Assembly: GCF_003334335.1 (NCBI RefSeq)
Contig: NZ_QOWQ01000010.1
Reading direction: 5' to 3' (one strand)
Origin: Escherichia coli
GTDB taxonomy: Bacteria; Pseudomonadota; Gammaproteobacteria; Enterobacterales; Enterobacteriaceae
Length of the DNA stretch: 64,000 nucleotides
In this document: positions 25,835-37,055 of the stretch, piece after piece
How positions within the stretch are numbered: position 1 is the first letter of the stretch
Layout of the letters: each line of letters opens with the position of its first letter
Notes under the pieces: model-generated
Seen by the model: only the letters and a program-made list of their open reading frames with translations
What the model was told of the DNA's origin: nothing
Databases searched by the model: none
Program-made: the position numbers and the translations under genes

Positions 25835-25862
25835 AGCCCCGCAACACGTTGCGGGGCTTTTT
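25835..25862 (+). terminator. Intrinsic terminator after rpmA
   Basis: AGCCCCGCAA-CACG-TTGCGGGGCT followed by TTTTT. Confidence 0.8.
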
Positions 25863-25933
25863 ACATTCGATAACCGGTAAAAATGCGCATGGTGCGACGT
25901 TAATCCGCAAATGCGCTTTGCAGAGAATACGGT

Positions 25934-26899
25934 ATGAAGCAGCAGGCAGGCATTGGCATTCTTTTGGCGCTCACCACAGCAATTTGCTGGGGGGCGTTGC
26001 CAATCGCAATGAAGCAGGTGCTGGAGGTGATGGAACCTCCGACAATCGTGTTTTACCGTTTCTTGATGGCGAGTATTGGCCTGGGTGCCATTCTTGCGGT
26101 GAAGAAGAGGTTGCCGCCATTACGCGTGTTTCGTAAGCCACGCTGGTTGATTTTGTTGGCAGTGGCGACCGCCGGGCTGTTTGGGAACTTCATCCTGTTC
26201 AGCTCATCCTTGCAATACCTGAGTCCGACCGCTTCGCAGGTGATTGGGCAACTCTCGCCAGTTGGCATGATGGTTGCCAGCGTATTTATCCTCAAAGAGA
26301 AAATGCGCAGCACTCAGGTTGTAGGGGCATTGATGCTCCTGAGCGGCCTGGTGATGTTTTTTAACACCAGTCTGGTCGAGATATTTACAAAGCTCACCGA
26401 TTACACCTGGGGAGTTATCTTTGGGGTCGGTGCGGCGACGGTTTGGGTGAGTTATGGCGTGGCGCAAAAGGTTTTATTGCGTCGGCTGGCCTCACCGCAG
26501 ATCCTGTTTTTACTGTACACTTTATGTACAATTGCGCTCTTCCCTCTGGCAAAGCCTGGAGTGATAGCGCAGCTTAGCCACTGGCAGCTCGCATGTTTAA
26601 TTTTTTGCGGACTGAATACCTTGGTAGGATATGGCGCCCTGGCGGAAGCGATGGCTCGCTGGCAGGCAGCGCAGGTGAGCGCGATCATCACGCTCACCCC
26701 ACTGTTTACGCTGTTTTTTTCAGATCTTTTATCACTGGCCTGGCCCGATTTCTTCGCCAGACCGATGTTAAACCTTTTAGGTTATCTCGGTGCGTTTGTC
26801 GTGGTTGCGGGCGCGATGTATTCCGCCATTGGTCATCGTATTTGGGGCGGATTACGTAAGCATACAACGGTGGTATCGCAACCCCGCGCAGGCGAATGA
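25934..26899 (+). CDS. yhbE: EamA-family inner-membrane transporter YhbE
   Basis: 321 aa polytopic membrane protein. Confidence 0.9.
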   Translation: MKQQAGIGILLALTTAICWGALPIAMKQVLEVMEPPTIVFYRFLMASIGLGAILAVKKRLPPLRVFRKPRWLILLAVATAGLFGNFILFSSSLQYLSPTASQVIGQLSPVGMMVASVFILKEKMRSTQVVGALMLLSGLVMFFNTSLVEIFTKLTDYTWGVIFGVGAATVWVSYGVAQKVLLRRLASPQILFLLYTLCTIALFPLAKPGVIAQLSHWQLACLIFCGLNTLVGYGALAEAMARWQAAQVSAIITLTPLFTLFFSDLLSLAWPDFFARPMLNLLGYLGAFVVVAGAMYSAIGHRIWGGLRKHTTVVSQPRAGE

Positions 26900-28087
<1,188 letters not shown>

Positions 28088-28111
28088 TCACTGATGATAA
28101 ACGCCAAATCA

Positions 28112-28210
<99 letters not shown>

Positions 28211-28240
28211 TAAACAAAGCGCACTTTGTCAATAATCTGA

Positions 28241-28270
28241 AGCCCCGGCCATGTGCCGGGGTTTCTTTTT
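28241..28270 (+). terminator. Intrinsic terminator downstream of obgE
   Basis: CCCCGGC-CATGT-GCCGGGG followed by TTTCTTTTT. Confidence 0.7.
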
Positions 28271-28272
28271 GA

Positions 28273-29706
28273 CTAATTGTTCTGATAAATATCTTTATAC
28301 AAACGGCTTTCAAAACGCACTAACGGAATACGGCGATTACGCTGATCCGCAGGTTCTACTGCATAGCCAGAAAGATATTGCACAAACGCCATTCGTTGCC
28401 CGCTCGCTGTGGTAATGAATCCCGCCAGGTTATATACCCCCTGCAACGAACCGGTTTTCGCTGAGACTTTTCCATCCACGCCCGCCTGATGCAGACCTGC
28501 ACGGTACTGCAAAGAGCCGTCATAGCCCGCCAGCGGCAGCATGGAGATAAAGTTAAGTTCATTGTCGTGTTGGGCAATGTATTGCAGCACCTGCATCATG
28601 GTGGCGGGGGCAATCAGGTTATGCCGCGAAAGCCCTGAACCATCGGCAATAATGGTGTTTCCAATATCGACACCGGCTTGCTGGCGCAGGATCTGACGCA
28701 CGGCGTCCGACCCGGCCCGCCATGTTCCAGGCACATTGAAGCGCGCATGGCCTATCATGCGGAAAACCGTATCGGCGATCATGTTGTCCGACTTTTTCAG
28801 CATAATCTTAAGCAGATCGTGCAGCGGGGCCGACTGTTTACTGGCAACTACCGTTCCAGGTTCGTTAACCTGAGTCTGGCGCAGCAGTGTTCCGCTCCAG
28901 GTGATACCCGCCTGTTTTAACTCATCTTTCAGAATTGCACCGGCATAGCTGGCTCCATCCTGCACGGCAAAAGCCAACGGGAGCGGCTCAGAACGTTGTG
29001 GCAGGCATCCCGTCAGCGTAAAGCGGTTCAGGTCGCCTGGCACCACATCCAGTTCGCAGTATTGCGCTTCGGCAGAACCACGGGGGAGGGTGCGTACCTG
29101 GCTGAACATCGTAACGGGGTAATAAGATGCCACGCGTATAAAAGCCATATCACCAGGCTTTGGGGCACTGTAGAGCGAGACGGAGAAACAGTTGCGGTCA
29201 ACTATGGCGGCGGCAGGCGGAGCGCTAAAGCATTGTGTCATGTCATTCCATGGCCAGCCGGGGGCTTTATCGTGGCTGGCGAAAATGGAGGTATCTATCA
29301 ACACATTGCCATCGATTTGGTTGACGCCAGATTTTTTCAAAGTCGCGACCATATTGCGAATATCCTGACGTTTTAACGTCGGATCGGCACCAAATCGCGC
29401 CACTAAGTCACCCTTAAGTACGCCGTTTTCCACATTGCCTTTGGTTTCAAGCGTCGTGGTAAAACGAAAATCGGGGCCGAGTTGAATCAACGCCGCCAGC
29501 GCAGTAATCACTTTCTGGGTACTGGCAGGCAGCGCCATCTGCTGACTGTGGTAATCAATAGCGGGGGCCGACGCGCCGACTTTTTGCACCATCAGGGCAA
29601 GGTTGGCACCAGCGGGGAGTTGAGTAATGTACTCATCAACATTTGCGGCCTGAACACTGAACGCTATACAGCTGGTCAATCCGATGATAAATCTGGAAAA
29701 TCGCAT
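28273..29706 (-). CDS. dacB: D-alanyl-D-alanine carboxypeptidase/endopeptidase PBP4
   Basis: 477 aa with signal peptide; SxxK motif STQK. Confidence 0.96.
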   Translation of the reverse strand: MRFSRFIIGLTSCIAFSVQAANVDEYITQLPAGANLALMVQKVGASAPAIDYHSQQMALPASTQKVITALAALIQLGPDFRFTTTLETKGNVENGVLKGDLVARFGADPTLKRQDIRNMVATLKKSGVNQIDGNVLIDTSIFASHDKAPGWPWNDMTQCFSAPPAAAIVDRNCFSVSLYSAPKPGDMAFIRVASYYPVTMFSQVRTLPRGSAEAQYCELDVVPGDLNRFTLTGCLPQRSEPLPLAFAVQDGASYAGAILKDELKQAGITWSGTLLRQTQVNEPGTVVASKQSAPLHDLLKIMLKKSDNMIADTVFRMIGHARFNVPGTWRAGSDAVRQILRQQAGVDIGNTIIADGSGLSRHNLIAPATMMQVLQYIAQHDNELNFISMLPLAGYDGSLQYRAGLHQAGVDGKVSAKTGSLQGVYNLAGFITTASGQRMAFVQYLSGYAVEPADQRNRRIPLVRFESRLYKDIYQNN

Positions 29707-29782
29707 AATCTCGCGCTAACAACCTGGAATCGAGCCGTCATACTACGGCGCAACGCCCTATAAAGTAAACGATGACCCTTCG

Positions 29783-29810
29783 GGAACTTCAGGGTAAAAT
29801 GACTATCAAA
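29783..29810 (+). promoter_or_regulatory. Candidate sigmaE-type promoter upstream of greA
   Basis: GGAACTT, 16-bp spacer, TCAAA fits the sigmaE -35/-10 pattern; greA is a reported sigmaE regulon member. Confidence 0.5.
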
Positions 29811-29825
29811 ATGTGAATTGTAGCT

Positions 29826-29859
29826 GACCTGGGACTTGTACCCGGGTCGGTATTTTTTT
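29826..29859 (+). terminator. graL: greA leader attenuator hairpin (3-prime end of the GraL leader RNA)
   Basis: GACCTGGG-ACTTGTA-CCCGGGTC followed by GGTATTTTTTT, about 95 nt upstream of the greA ATG. Confidence 0.6.
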
Positions 29860-29953
29860 GCTTCTGGTCCCGGTAAGGAGTTATGCCGGGCAGGCCGAAC
29901 AGCCGGGGTGGGTGAAGACTTGCCCTATCAGGAATATTCAAGAGGTATAACAA

Positions 29954-30430
<477 letters not shown>

Positions 30431-30473
30431 GAATTACCCAATACTCAAGATGTTGATGTATTGTAAAGAAAGG

Positions 30474-30497
30474 AAAAAGGCCGCTATGCGGCCTTTT
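30474..30497. terminator. Bidirectional intrinsic terminator between greA and yhbY
   Basis: AAAAA-GGCCGC-TAT-GCGGCC-TTTT; A-run and T-run flank the stem. Confidence 0.8.
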
Positions 30498-30585
30498 ATC
30501 AACGAACAGAGCGTGGCATTTTGCTCTCCTGCCTGCGGAAAACCCCTCGTTTTACACAGCAAATGTGTGTAACTTTAGGATAATC

Positions 30586-30879
30586 TTAGCGTGGCAGCGA
30601 GATTTTACGTTCTTTAGTTGGGCGATAAAGCACCAGCGTTTTACCGATGACCTGTACATTACAGGCGCCGGTTTCGCGCACGATAGCTTCCACGATCAAG
30701 GTTTTAGTTTCGCGATCTTCGGTGGCGATTTTCACCTTGATGAGTTCATGGTGCTCTAACGCTTGTTCAATCTCGGCCAGCACCCCTTCGGTCAAACCAT
30801 TACTGCCAAGCAGAACAACTGGCTTGAGCGGATGTGCCAGACCTTTCAGGTGCTGTTTTTGTTTAGTACTCAGATTCAT
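30586..30879 (-). CDS. yhbY: CRM-domain RNA-binding protein YhbY
   Basis: 97 aa, MNLSTKQKQHLKGLAHPLKP. Confidence 0.93.
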   Translation of the reverse strand: MNLSTKQKQHLKGLAHPLKPVVLLGSNGLTEGVLAEIEQALEHHELIKVKIATEDRETKTLIVEAIVRETGACNVQVIGKTLVLYRPTKERKISLPR

Positions 30880-31004
30880 CGTATTTTTTGCTTACGTTGG
30901 GATTGAAAACGGGTCATTCTACCGCCATCTCCCATATATCACCAAATAGGCGCGTAAAAATTTACGCAATTGGTTACGATGAGTTATCCCCATGGGAAAG
31001 TTAA

Positions 31005-31634
31005 ATGACAGGTAAGAAGCGTTCTGCCAGCTCCAGCCGCTGGCTTCAGGAACACTTTAGCGATAAATATGTTCAACAGGCACAGAAAAAGGGGTTACGT
31101 TCCCGTGCCTGGTTTAAACTTGATGAAATACAGCAAAGTGACAAACTCTTTAAACCGGGAATGACGGTTGTCGACCTTGGTGCTGCTCCGGGTGGTTGGT
31201 CACAATATGTGGTCACCCAAATTGGCGGCAAAGGCCGCATCATCGCTTGCGATCTTTTACCTATGGATCCTATCGTTGGTGTGGACTTTCTTCAGGGCGA
31301 TTTTCGTGATGAACTGGTGATGAAAGCACTGCTGGAGCGCGTTGGCGACAGCAAAGTCCAGGTTGTCATGTCCGATATGGCACCAAACATGAGCGGAACA
31401 CCGGCGGTGGATATCCCCCGTGCCATGTATCTGGTGGAACTGGCGCTAGAAATGTGTCGTGATGTATTAGCGCCAGGTGGCAGTTTTGTAGTGAAGGTGT
31501 TCCAGGGCGAAGGTTTCGATGAGTATCTAAGGGAAATTCGCTCCCTGTTTACGAAGGTCAAAGTTCGTAAGCCGGACTCTTCTCGTGCACGTTCGCGGGA
31601 AGTGTATATTGTAGCGACCGGGCGTAAACCCTAA
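31005..31634 (+). CDS. rlmE: 23S rRNA (U2552) 2-prime-O-methyltransferase RlmE (FtsJ)
   Basis: 209 aa; SAM-binding motif [13 protein letters not shown]. Confidence 0.96.
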
Positions 31635-31733
31635 CCGGGAGATTTCAGACGAAAGTTTGAAAGATGCTGGATATAGAGTATCCTGACGCTGTTTTTAACA
31701 CAGTTGTAATAAGAGGTTAATCCCTTGAGTGAC

Positions 31734-33668
31734 ATGGCGAAAAACCTAATACTCTGGCTGGTCATTGCCGTTGTGCTGATGTCAGTATTCCAGAGCTTTG
31801 GGCCCAGCGAGTCTAATGGCCGTAAGGTGGATTACTCTACCTTCCTACAAGAGGTCAATAACGACCAGGTTCGTGAAGCGCGTATCAACGGACGTGAAAT
31901 CAACGTTACCAAGAAAGATAGTAACCGTTATACCACTTACATTCCGGTTCAGGATCCGAAATTACTGGATAACCTGTTGACCAAGAACGTCAAGGTTGTC
32001 GGTGAACCGCCTGAAGAACCAAGCCTGCTGGCTTCTATCTTCATCTCCTGGTTCCCGATGCTGTTGCTGATTGGTGTCTGGATCTTCTTCATGCGTCAAA
32101 TGCAGGGCGGCGGTGGCAAAGGTGCCATGTCGTTTGGTAAGAGCAAAGCGCGCATGCTGACGGAAGATCAGATCAAAACGACCTTTGCTGACGTTGCGGG
32201 CTGCGACGAAGCAAAAGAAGAAGTTGCTGAACTGGTTGAGTATCTGCGCGAGCCGAGCCGCTTCCAGAAACTCGGCGGTAAGATCCCGAAAGGCGTCTTG
32301 ATGGTCGGTCCTCCGGGTACCGGTAAAACGCTGCTGGCGAAAGCGATTGCAGGCGAAGCGAAAGTTCCGTTCTTTACTATCTCCGGTTCTGACTTCGTAG
32401 AAATGTTCGTCGGTGTGGGTGCATCCCGTGTTCGTGACATGTTCGAACAGGCGAAGAAAGCGGCACCGTGCATCATCTTTATCGATGAAATCGACGCCGT
32501 AGGCCGCCAGCGTGGCGCTGGTCTGGGCGGTGGTCACGATGAACGTGAACAGACTCTGAACCAGATGCTGGTTGAGATGGATGGCTTCGAAGGTAACGAA
32601 GGTATCATCGTTATCGCCGCGACTAACCGTCCGGACGTTCTCGACCCGGCCCTGCTGCGTCCTGGCCGTTTCGACCGTCAGGTTGTGGTCGGCTTGCCAG
32701 ATGTTCGCGGTCGTGAGCAGATCCTGAAAGTTCACATGCGTCGCGTACCATTGGCACCCGATATCGACGCGGCAATCATTGCCCGTGGTACTCCTGGTTT
32801 CTCCGGTGCTGACCTGGCGAACCTGGTGAACGAAGCGGCACTGTTCGCTGCTCGTGGCAACAAACGCGTTGTGTCGATGGTTGAGTTCGAGAAAGCGAAA
32901 GACAAAATCATGATGGGTGCGGAACGTCGCTCCATGGTGATGACGGAAGCGCAGAAAGAATCGACGGCTTACCACGAAGCGGGTCATGCGATTATCGGTC
33001 GCCTGGTGCCGGAACACGATCCGGTGCACAAAGTGACGATTATCCCACGCGGTCGTGCGCTGGGTGTGACTTTCTTCTTGCCTGAGGGCGACGCAATCAG
33101 CGCCAGCCGTCAGAAACTGGAAAGCCAGATTTCTACGCTGTACGGTGGTCGTCTGGCAGAAGAGATCATCTACGGGCCGGAACATGTATCTACCGGTGCG
33201 TCCAACGATATTAAAGTTGCGACCAACCTGGCACGTAACATGGTGACTCAGTGGGGCTTCTCTGAGAAATTGGGTCCACTGCTGTACGCGGAAGAAGAAG
33301 GTGAAGTGTTCCTCGGCCGTAGCGTAGCGAAAGCGAAACATATGTCCGATGAAACTGCACGTATCATCGACCAGGAAGTGAAAGCACTGATTGAGCGTAA
33401 CTATAATCGTGCGCGTCAGCTTCTGACCGACAATATGGATATTCTGCATGCGATGAAAGATGCTCTCATGAAATATGAGACTATCGACGCACCGCAGATT
33501 GATGACCTGATGGCACGTCGCGATGTACGTCCGCCAGCGGGCTGGGAAGAACCAGGCGCTTCTAACAATTCTGGCGACAATGGTAGTCCAAAGGCTCCTC
33601 GTCCGGTTGATGAACCGCGTACGCCGAACCCGGGTAACACCATGTCAGAGCAGTTAGGCGACAAGTAA
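31734..33668 (+). CDS. ftsH: ATP-dependent zinc metalloprotease FtsH
   Basis: ORF-track starts at TTG 31725; I take ATG 31734 (MAKNLILW, 644 aa). Walker A GPPGTGKT; zinc motif HEAGHA. Confidence 0.95.
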
Positions 33669-33699
33669 GTTCCCGCATCAGATGACTGTATTTGTACCG

Positions 33700-33729
33700 A
33701 AAACCCCGGGGCGTGCTCCGGGGTTTTTT
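33700..33729 (+). terminator. Intrinsic terminator after ftsH
   Basis: CCCCGG-GGCGTGCT-CCGGGG followed by TTTTTT. Confidence 0.85.
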
Positions 33730-33757
33730 CTTATCAATTCATACCAGGGATAACATC

Positions 33758-34606
33758 ATGAAACTCTTTGCCCAGGGTACTTCACTGGACCTTAGCCATC
33801 CTCACGTAATGGGGATCCTCAACGTCACGCCTGATTCCTTTTCGGATGGTGGCACGCATAACTCGCTGATAGATGCGGTGAAACATGCGAATCTGATGAT
33901 CAACGCTGGCGCGACGATCATTGACGTTGGTGGCGAGTCCACGCGCCCAGGGGCGGCGGAAGTTAGCGTTGAAGAAGAGTTGCAACGTGTTATTCCTGTG
34001 GTTGAGGCAATTGCTCAACGCTTCGAAGTCTGGATCTCAGTCGATACATCCAAACCAGAAGTCATCCGTGAGTCAGCGAAAGTTGGCGCTCACATTATTA
34101 ATGATATCCGCTCCCTTTCCGAACCTGGCGCTCTGGAGGCGGCTGCAGAAACCGGTTTACCGGTTTGTCTGATGCATATGCAGGGAAATCCAAAAACCAT
34201 GCAGGAAGCTCCGAAGTATGACGATGTCTTTGCAGAAGTGAATCGCTACTTTATTGAGCAAATAGCACGTTGCGAGCAGGCGGGTATCGCAAAAGAGAAA
34301 TTGTTGCTCGACCCCGGATTCGGTTTCGGTAAAAATCTCTCCCATAACTATTCATTACTGGCGCGCCTGGCTGAATTTCACCATTTCAACCTGCCGCTGT
34401 TGGTGGGTATGTCACGAAAATCGATGATTGGGCAGCTGCTGAACGTGGGGCCGTCCGAGCGCCTGAGCGGTAGTCTGGCCTGTGCGGTCATTGCCGCAAT
34501 GCAAGGCGCGCACATCATTCGTGTTCATGACGTCAAAGAAACCGTAGAAGCGATGCGGGTGGTGGAAGCCACTCTGTCTGCAAAGGAAAACAAACGCTAT
34601 GAGTAA
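33758..34606 (+). CDS. folP: Dihydropteroate synthase
   Basis: ORF-track 33692..34606; start trimmed to [12 protein letters not shown] (282 aa). Confidence 0.93.
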
Positions 34607-35936
34607 TCGTAAATATTTCGGTACCGATGGGATTCGTGGTCGTGTAGGGGATGCGCCGATCACACCTGATTTTGTGCTTAAGCTGGGTTGGGCCGCGGGT
34701 AAAGTGCTGGCGCGCCACGGCTCCCGTAAGATTATTATTGGTAAAGACACGCGTATTTCTGGCTATATGCTGGAGTCAGCACTGGAAGCGGGTCTGGCGG
34801 CAGCGGGCCTTTCCGCACTCTTCACTGGCCCGATGCCAACACCGGCCGTGGCTTATCTGACGCGTACCTTCCGCGCAGAGGCCGGAATTGTGATATCTGC
34901 ATCGCATAACCCGTTCTACGATAATGGCATTAAATTCTTCTCTATCGACGGCACCAAACTGCCGGATGCGGTAGAAGAGGCCATCGAAGCGGAAATGGAA
35001 AAGGAGATCAGCTGCGTTGATTCGGCAGAACTGGGTAAAGCCAGCCGTATCGTTGATGCCGCGGGTCGCTATATCGAGTTTTGCAAAGCCACGTTCCCGA
35101 ACGAACTTAGCCTCAGTGAACTGAAGATTGTGGTGGATTGTGCAAACGGTGCGACTTATCACATCGCGCCGAACGTGCTGCGCGAACTGGGGGCGAACGT
35201 TATCGCTATCGGTTGTGAGCCAAACGGTGTAAACATCAATGCCGAAGTGGGGGCTACCGACGTTCGCGCGCTCCAGGCTCGTGTGCTGGCTGAAAAAGCG
35301 GATCTCGGTATTGCCTTCGACGGCGATGGCGATCGCGTGATTATGGTTGACCATGAAGGCAATAAAGTCGATGGCGATCAGATCATGTATATCATCGCGC
35401 GTGAAGGTCTTCGTCAGGGCCAGCTGCGTGGTGGCGCTGTGGGTACATTGATGAGCAACATGGGGCTTGAACTGGCGCTGAAACAGTTAGGAATTCCATT
35501 TGCGCGCGCGAAAGTGGGTGACCGCTACGTACTGGAAAAAATGCAGGAGAAAGGCTGGCGTATCGGTGCAGAGAATTCCGGTCATGTGATCCTGCTGGAT
35601 AAAACTACTACCGGTGACGGCATCGTTGCTGGCTTGCAGGTGCTGGCGGCGATGGCACGTAACCATATGAGCCTGCACGACCTTTGCAGCGGCATGAAAA
35701 TGTTCCCGCAGATTCTGGTTAACGTACGTTACACCGCAGGTAGCGGCGATCCACTTGAGCATGAGTCAGTTAAAGCCGTGACCGCAGAGGTTGAAGCTGC
35801 GCTGGGCAACCGTGGACGCGTGTTGCTGCGTAAATCCGGCACCGAACCGTTAATTCGCGTGATGGTGGAAGGCGAAGACGAAGCGCAGGTGACTGAATTT
35901 GCACACCGCATCGCCGATGCAGTAAAAGCCGTTTAA
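34599..35936 (+). CDS. glmM: Phosphoglucosamine mutase
   Basis: 445 aa; active-site SASHNP; 8-nt overlap with folP. Confidence 0.97.
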
Positions 35937-35954
35937 AGCGTTAGATAACTGGCT

Positions 35955-35982
35955 AAAAAGGCGGCGATTGTCGCCTTTTTTC
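35955..35982 (+). terminator. Intrinsic terminator after glmM
   Basis: AAAAAGGCGGCGA-TTG-TCGCC followed by TTTTTTCT. Confidence 0.7.
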
Positions 35983-36163
35983 TCAGCGAACACATCGGTT
36001 TTGCTGTTTTTTTCCGCAGTTGATACAATGCGATAAAATTGCCCTTGCGAAGGTCATTCGCTTTGGTTAGTATTCACACCCGCTTCAGTGGGAAAGATTA
36101 AAAACTCCCGCTTTATTGGTTGAAGCATTGGTACGCGGCAACTCCGCAAGGAACAGGTTGATT

Positions 36164-36496
36164 ATGTATGAAGCTCTTTTAGTAGTTTTCCTTATTGTGG
36201 CAATTGGCCTTGTTGGTCTGATCATGCTGCAGCAAGGTAAAGGCGCTGATATGGGAGCCTCCTTCGGAGCAGGCGCTTCCGCTACGCTGTTTGGTTCAAG
36301 TGGTTCTGGTAACTTCATGACCCGCATGACGGCGCTGCTGGCAACGTTATTCTTCATCATCAGTCTGGTGCTGGGTAACATCAATAGCAACAAAACCAAT
36401 AAAGGTAGCGAATGGGAAAATCTGAGTGCACCGGCGAAAACCGAACAAACTCAGCCAGCTGCTCCGGCTAAGCCGACCAGCGATATCCCGAACTAA
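36164..36496 (+). CDS. secG: Protein translocase subunit SecG
   Basis: ORF-track 36116..36496; start trimmed to MYEALLVVFLIVAIG (110 aa). Confidence 0.93.
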   Translation: MYEALLVVFLIVAIGLVGLIMLQQGKGADMGASFGAGASATLFGSSGSGNFMTRMTALLATLFFIISLVLGNINSNKTNKGSEWENLSAPAKTEQTQPAAPAKPTSDIPN

Positions 36497-36510
36497 AAAG
36501 TAGTATCCGT

Positions 36511-36597
36511 GCCGAGGTGGTGGAATTGGTAGACACGCTACCTTGAGGTGGTAGTGCCCAATAGGGCTTACGGGTTCAAGTCCCGTCCTCGGTACCA
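36511..36597 (+). tRNA. leuU: tRNA-Leu (anticodon GAG)
   Basis: GCCGAGGTGGTGGAATTGGTAGACACGCTACCTTGAGGTGGTAG...GGTTCAAGTCCCGTCCTCGGTACCA; 87 nt with long variable arm and encoded CCA. Confidence 0.95.
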
Positions 36598-36605
36598 AAT
36601 TCCAG

Positions 36606-36639
36606 AAAAGAGACGCTGAAAAGCGTCTTTTTTCGTTTT
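36606..36639 (+). terminator. Intrinsic terminator after secG-leuU
   Basis: AGACGC-TGAAAA-GCGTCT followed by TTTTTTCGTTTT. Confidence 0.85.
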
Positions 36640-37055
36640 GGTCCTGGTCTGAGGAATGGTTGTCAGGTATCTGTATCTCGTCCAGTTGCTTTACTCGTAG
36701 CTGGTACCTTGAAACGATGGTGCCGGTACGCCTTAGTTATAAATTTTTCCCTTCTACTGACATAATTGGCACTTTATTGTGTCAACTCCAGTTCCGGTAC
36801 GAATACGGATATGTTTACTTCTCGATAAACCATCCTGCTCCTGTCAGTATAACGACTGATGGCTACGTTCTGCGTAATGTTTAGAGACGCATTGATAATG
36901 TTATTTAATTACTGAGAACGCAATGGCCGCATCATTTAAAAAGAAAAAACTAACAGTGTTTCGTTCTGATATGGATCAGAGTTGAAAAACATGTCTGATA
37001 TAAAATTAAACATTGTTGATAATTGTTTATATTGGTTGTGAACTTGGATTTCTGG

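Noticed and set aside
30903-30993. Possible sigma32 heat-shock promoter upstream of rlmE-ftsH (TTGAAA at 30903-30908 with CCCATATAT at 30931-30939; CCCCAT at 30988-30993).
   Set aside because: The TTGAAA to CCCAT spacing is about 22 bp, too long for sigma32, and the downstream CCCCAT lies only about 12 nt before the ATG. I cannot place the known heat-shock promoter confidently without a matrix scan.
31725-31733. Upstream alternative starts proposed by the ORF track (ftsH TTG 31725, deaD TTG 50743, yraR ATG 59778, rbfA 45473, folP 33692 and others).
   Set aside because: The downstream starts give the protein lengths I recall for the characterised proteins and have better-placed Shine-Dalgarno sequences; several upstream extensions would run through terminators or promoters.
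31962-33449. Very long antisense ORFs opposite ftsH (495 aa), nusA (41329..42798, 489 aa), infB (44011..45726, 571 aa), pnp (48224..49699, 491 aa) and mlaC (20790..21425, 211 aa).
   Set aside because: Their products are low-complexity with no recognisable domains, and they mirror highly expressed genes where codon bias depletes antisense stop codons. I treat them as frame artefacts, not genes.
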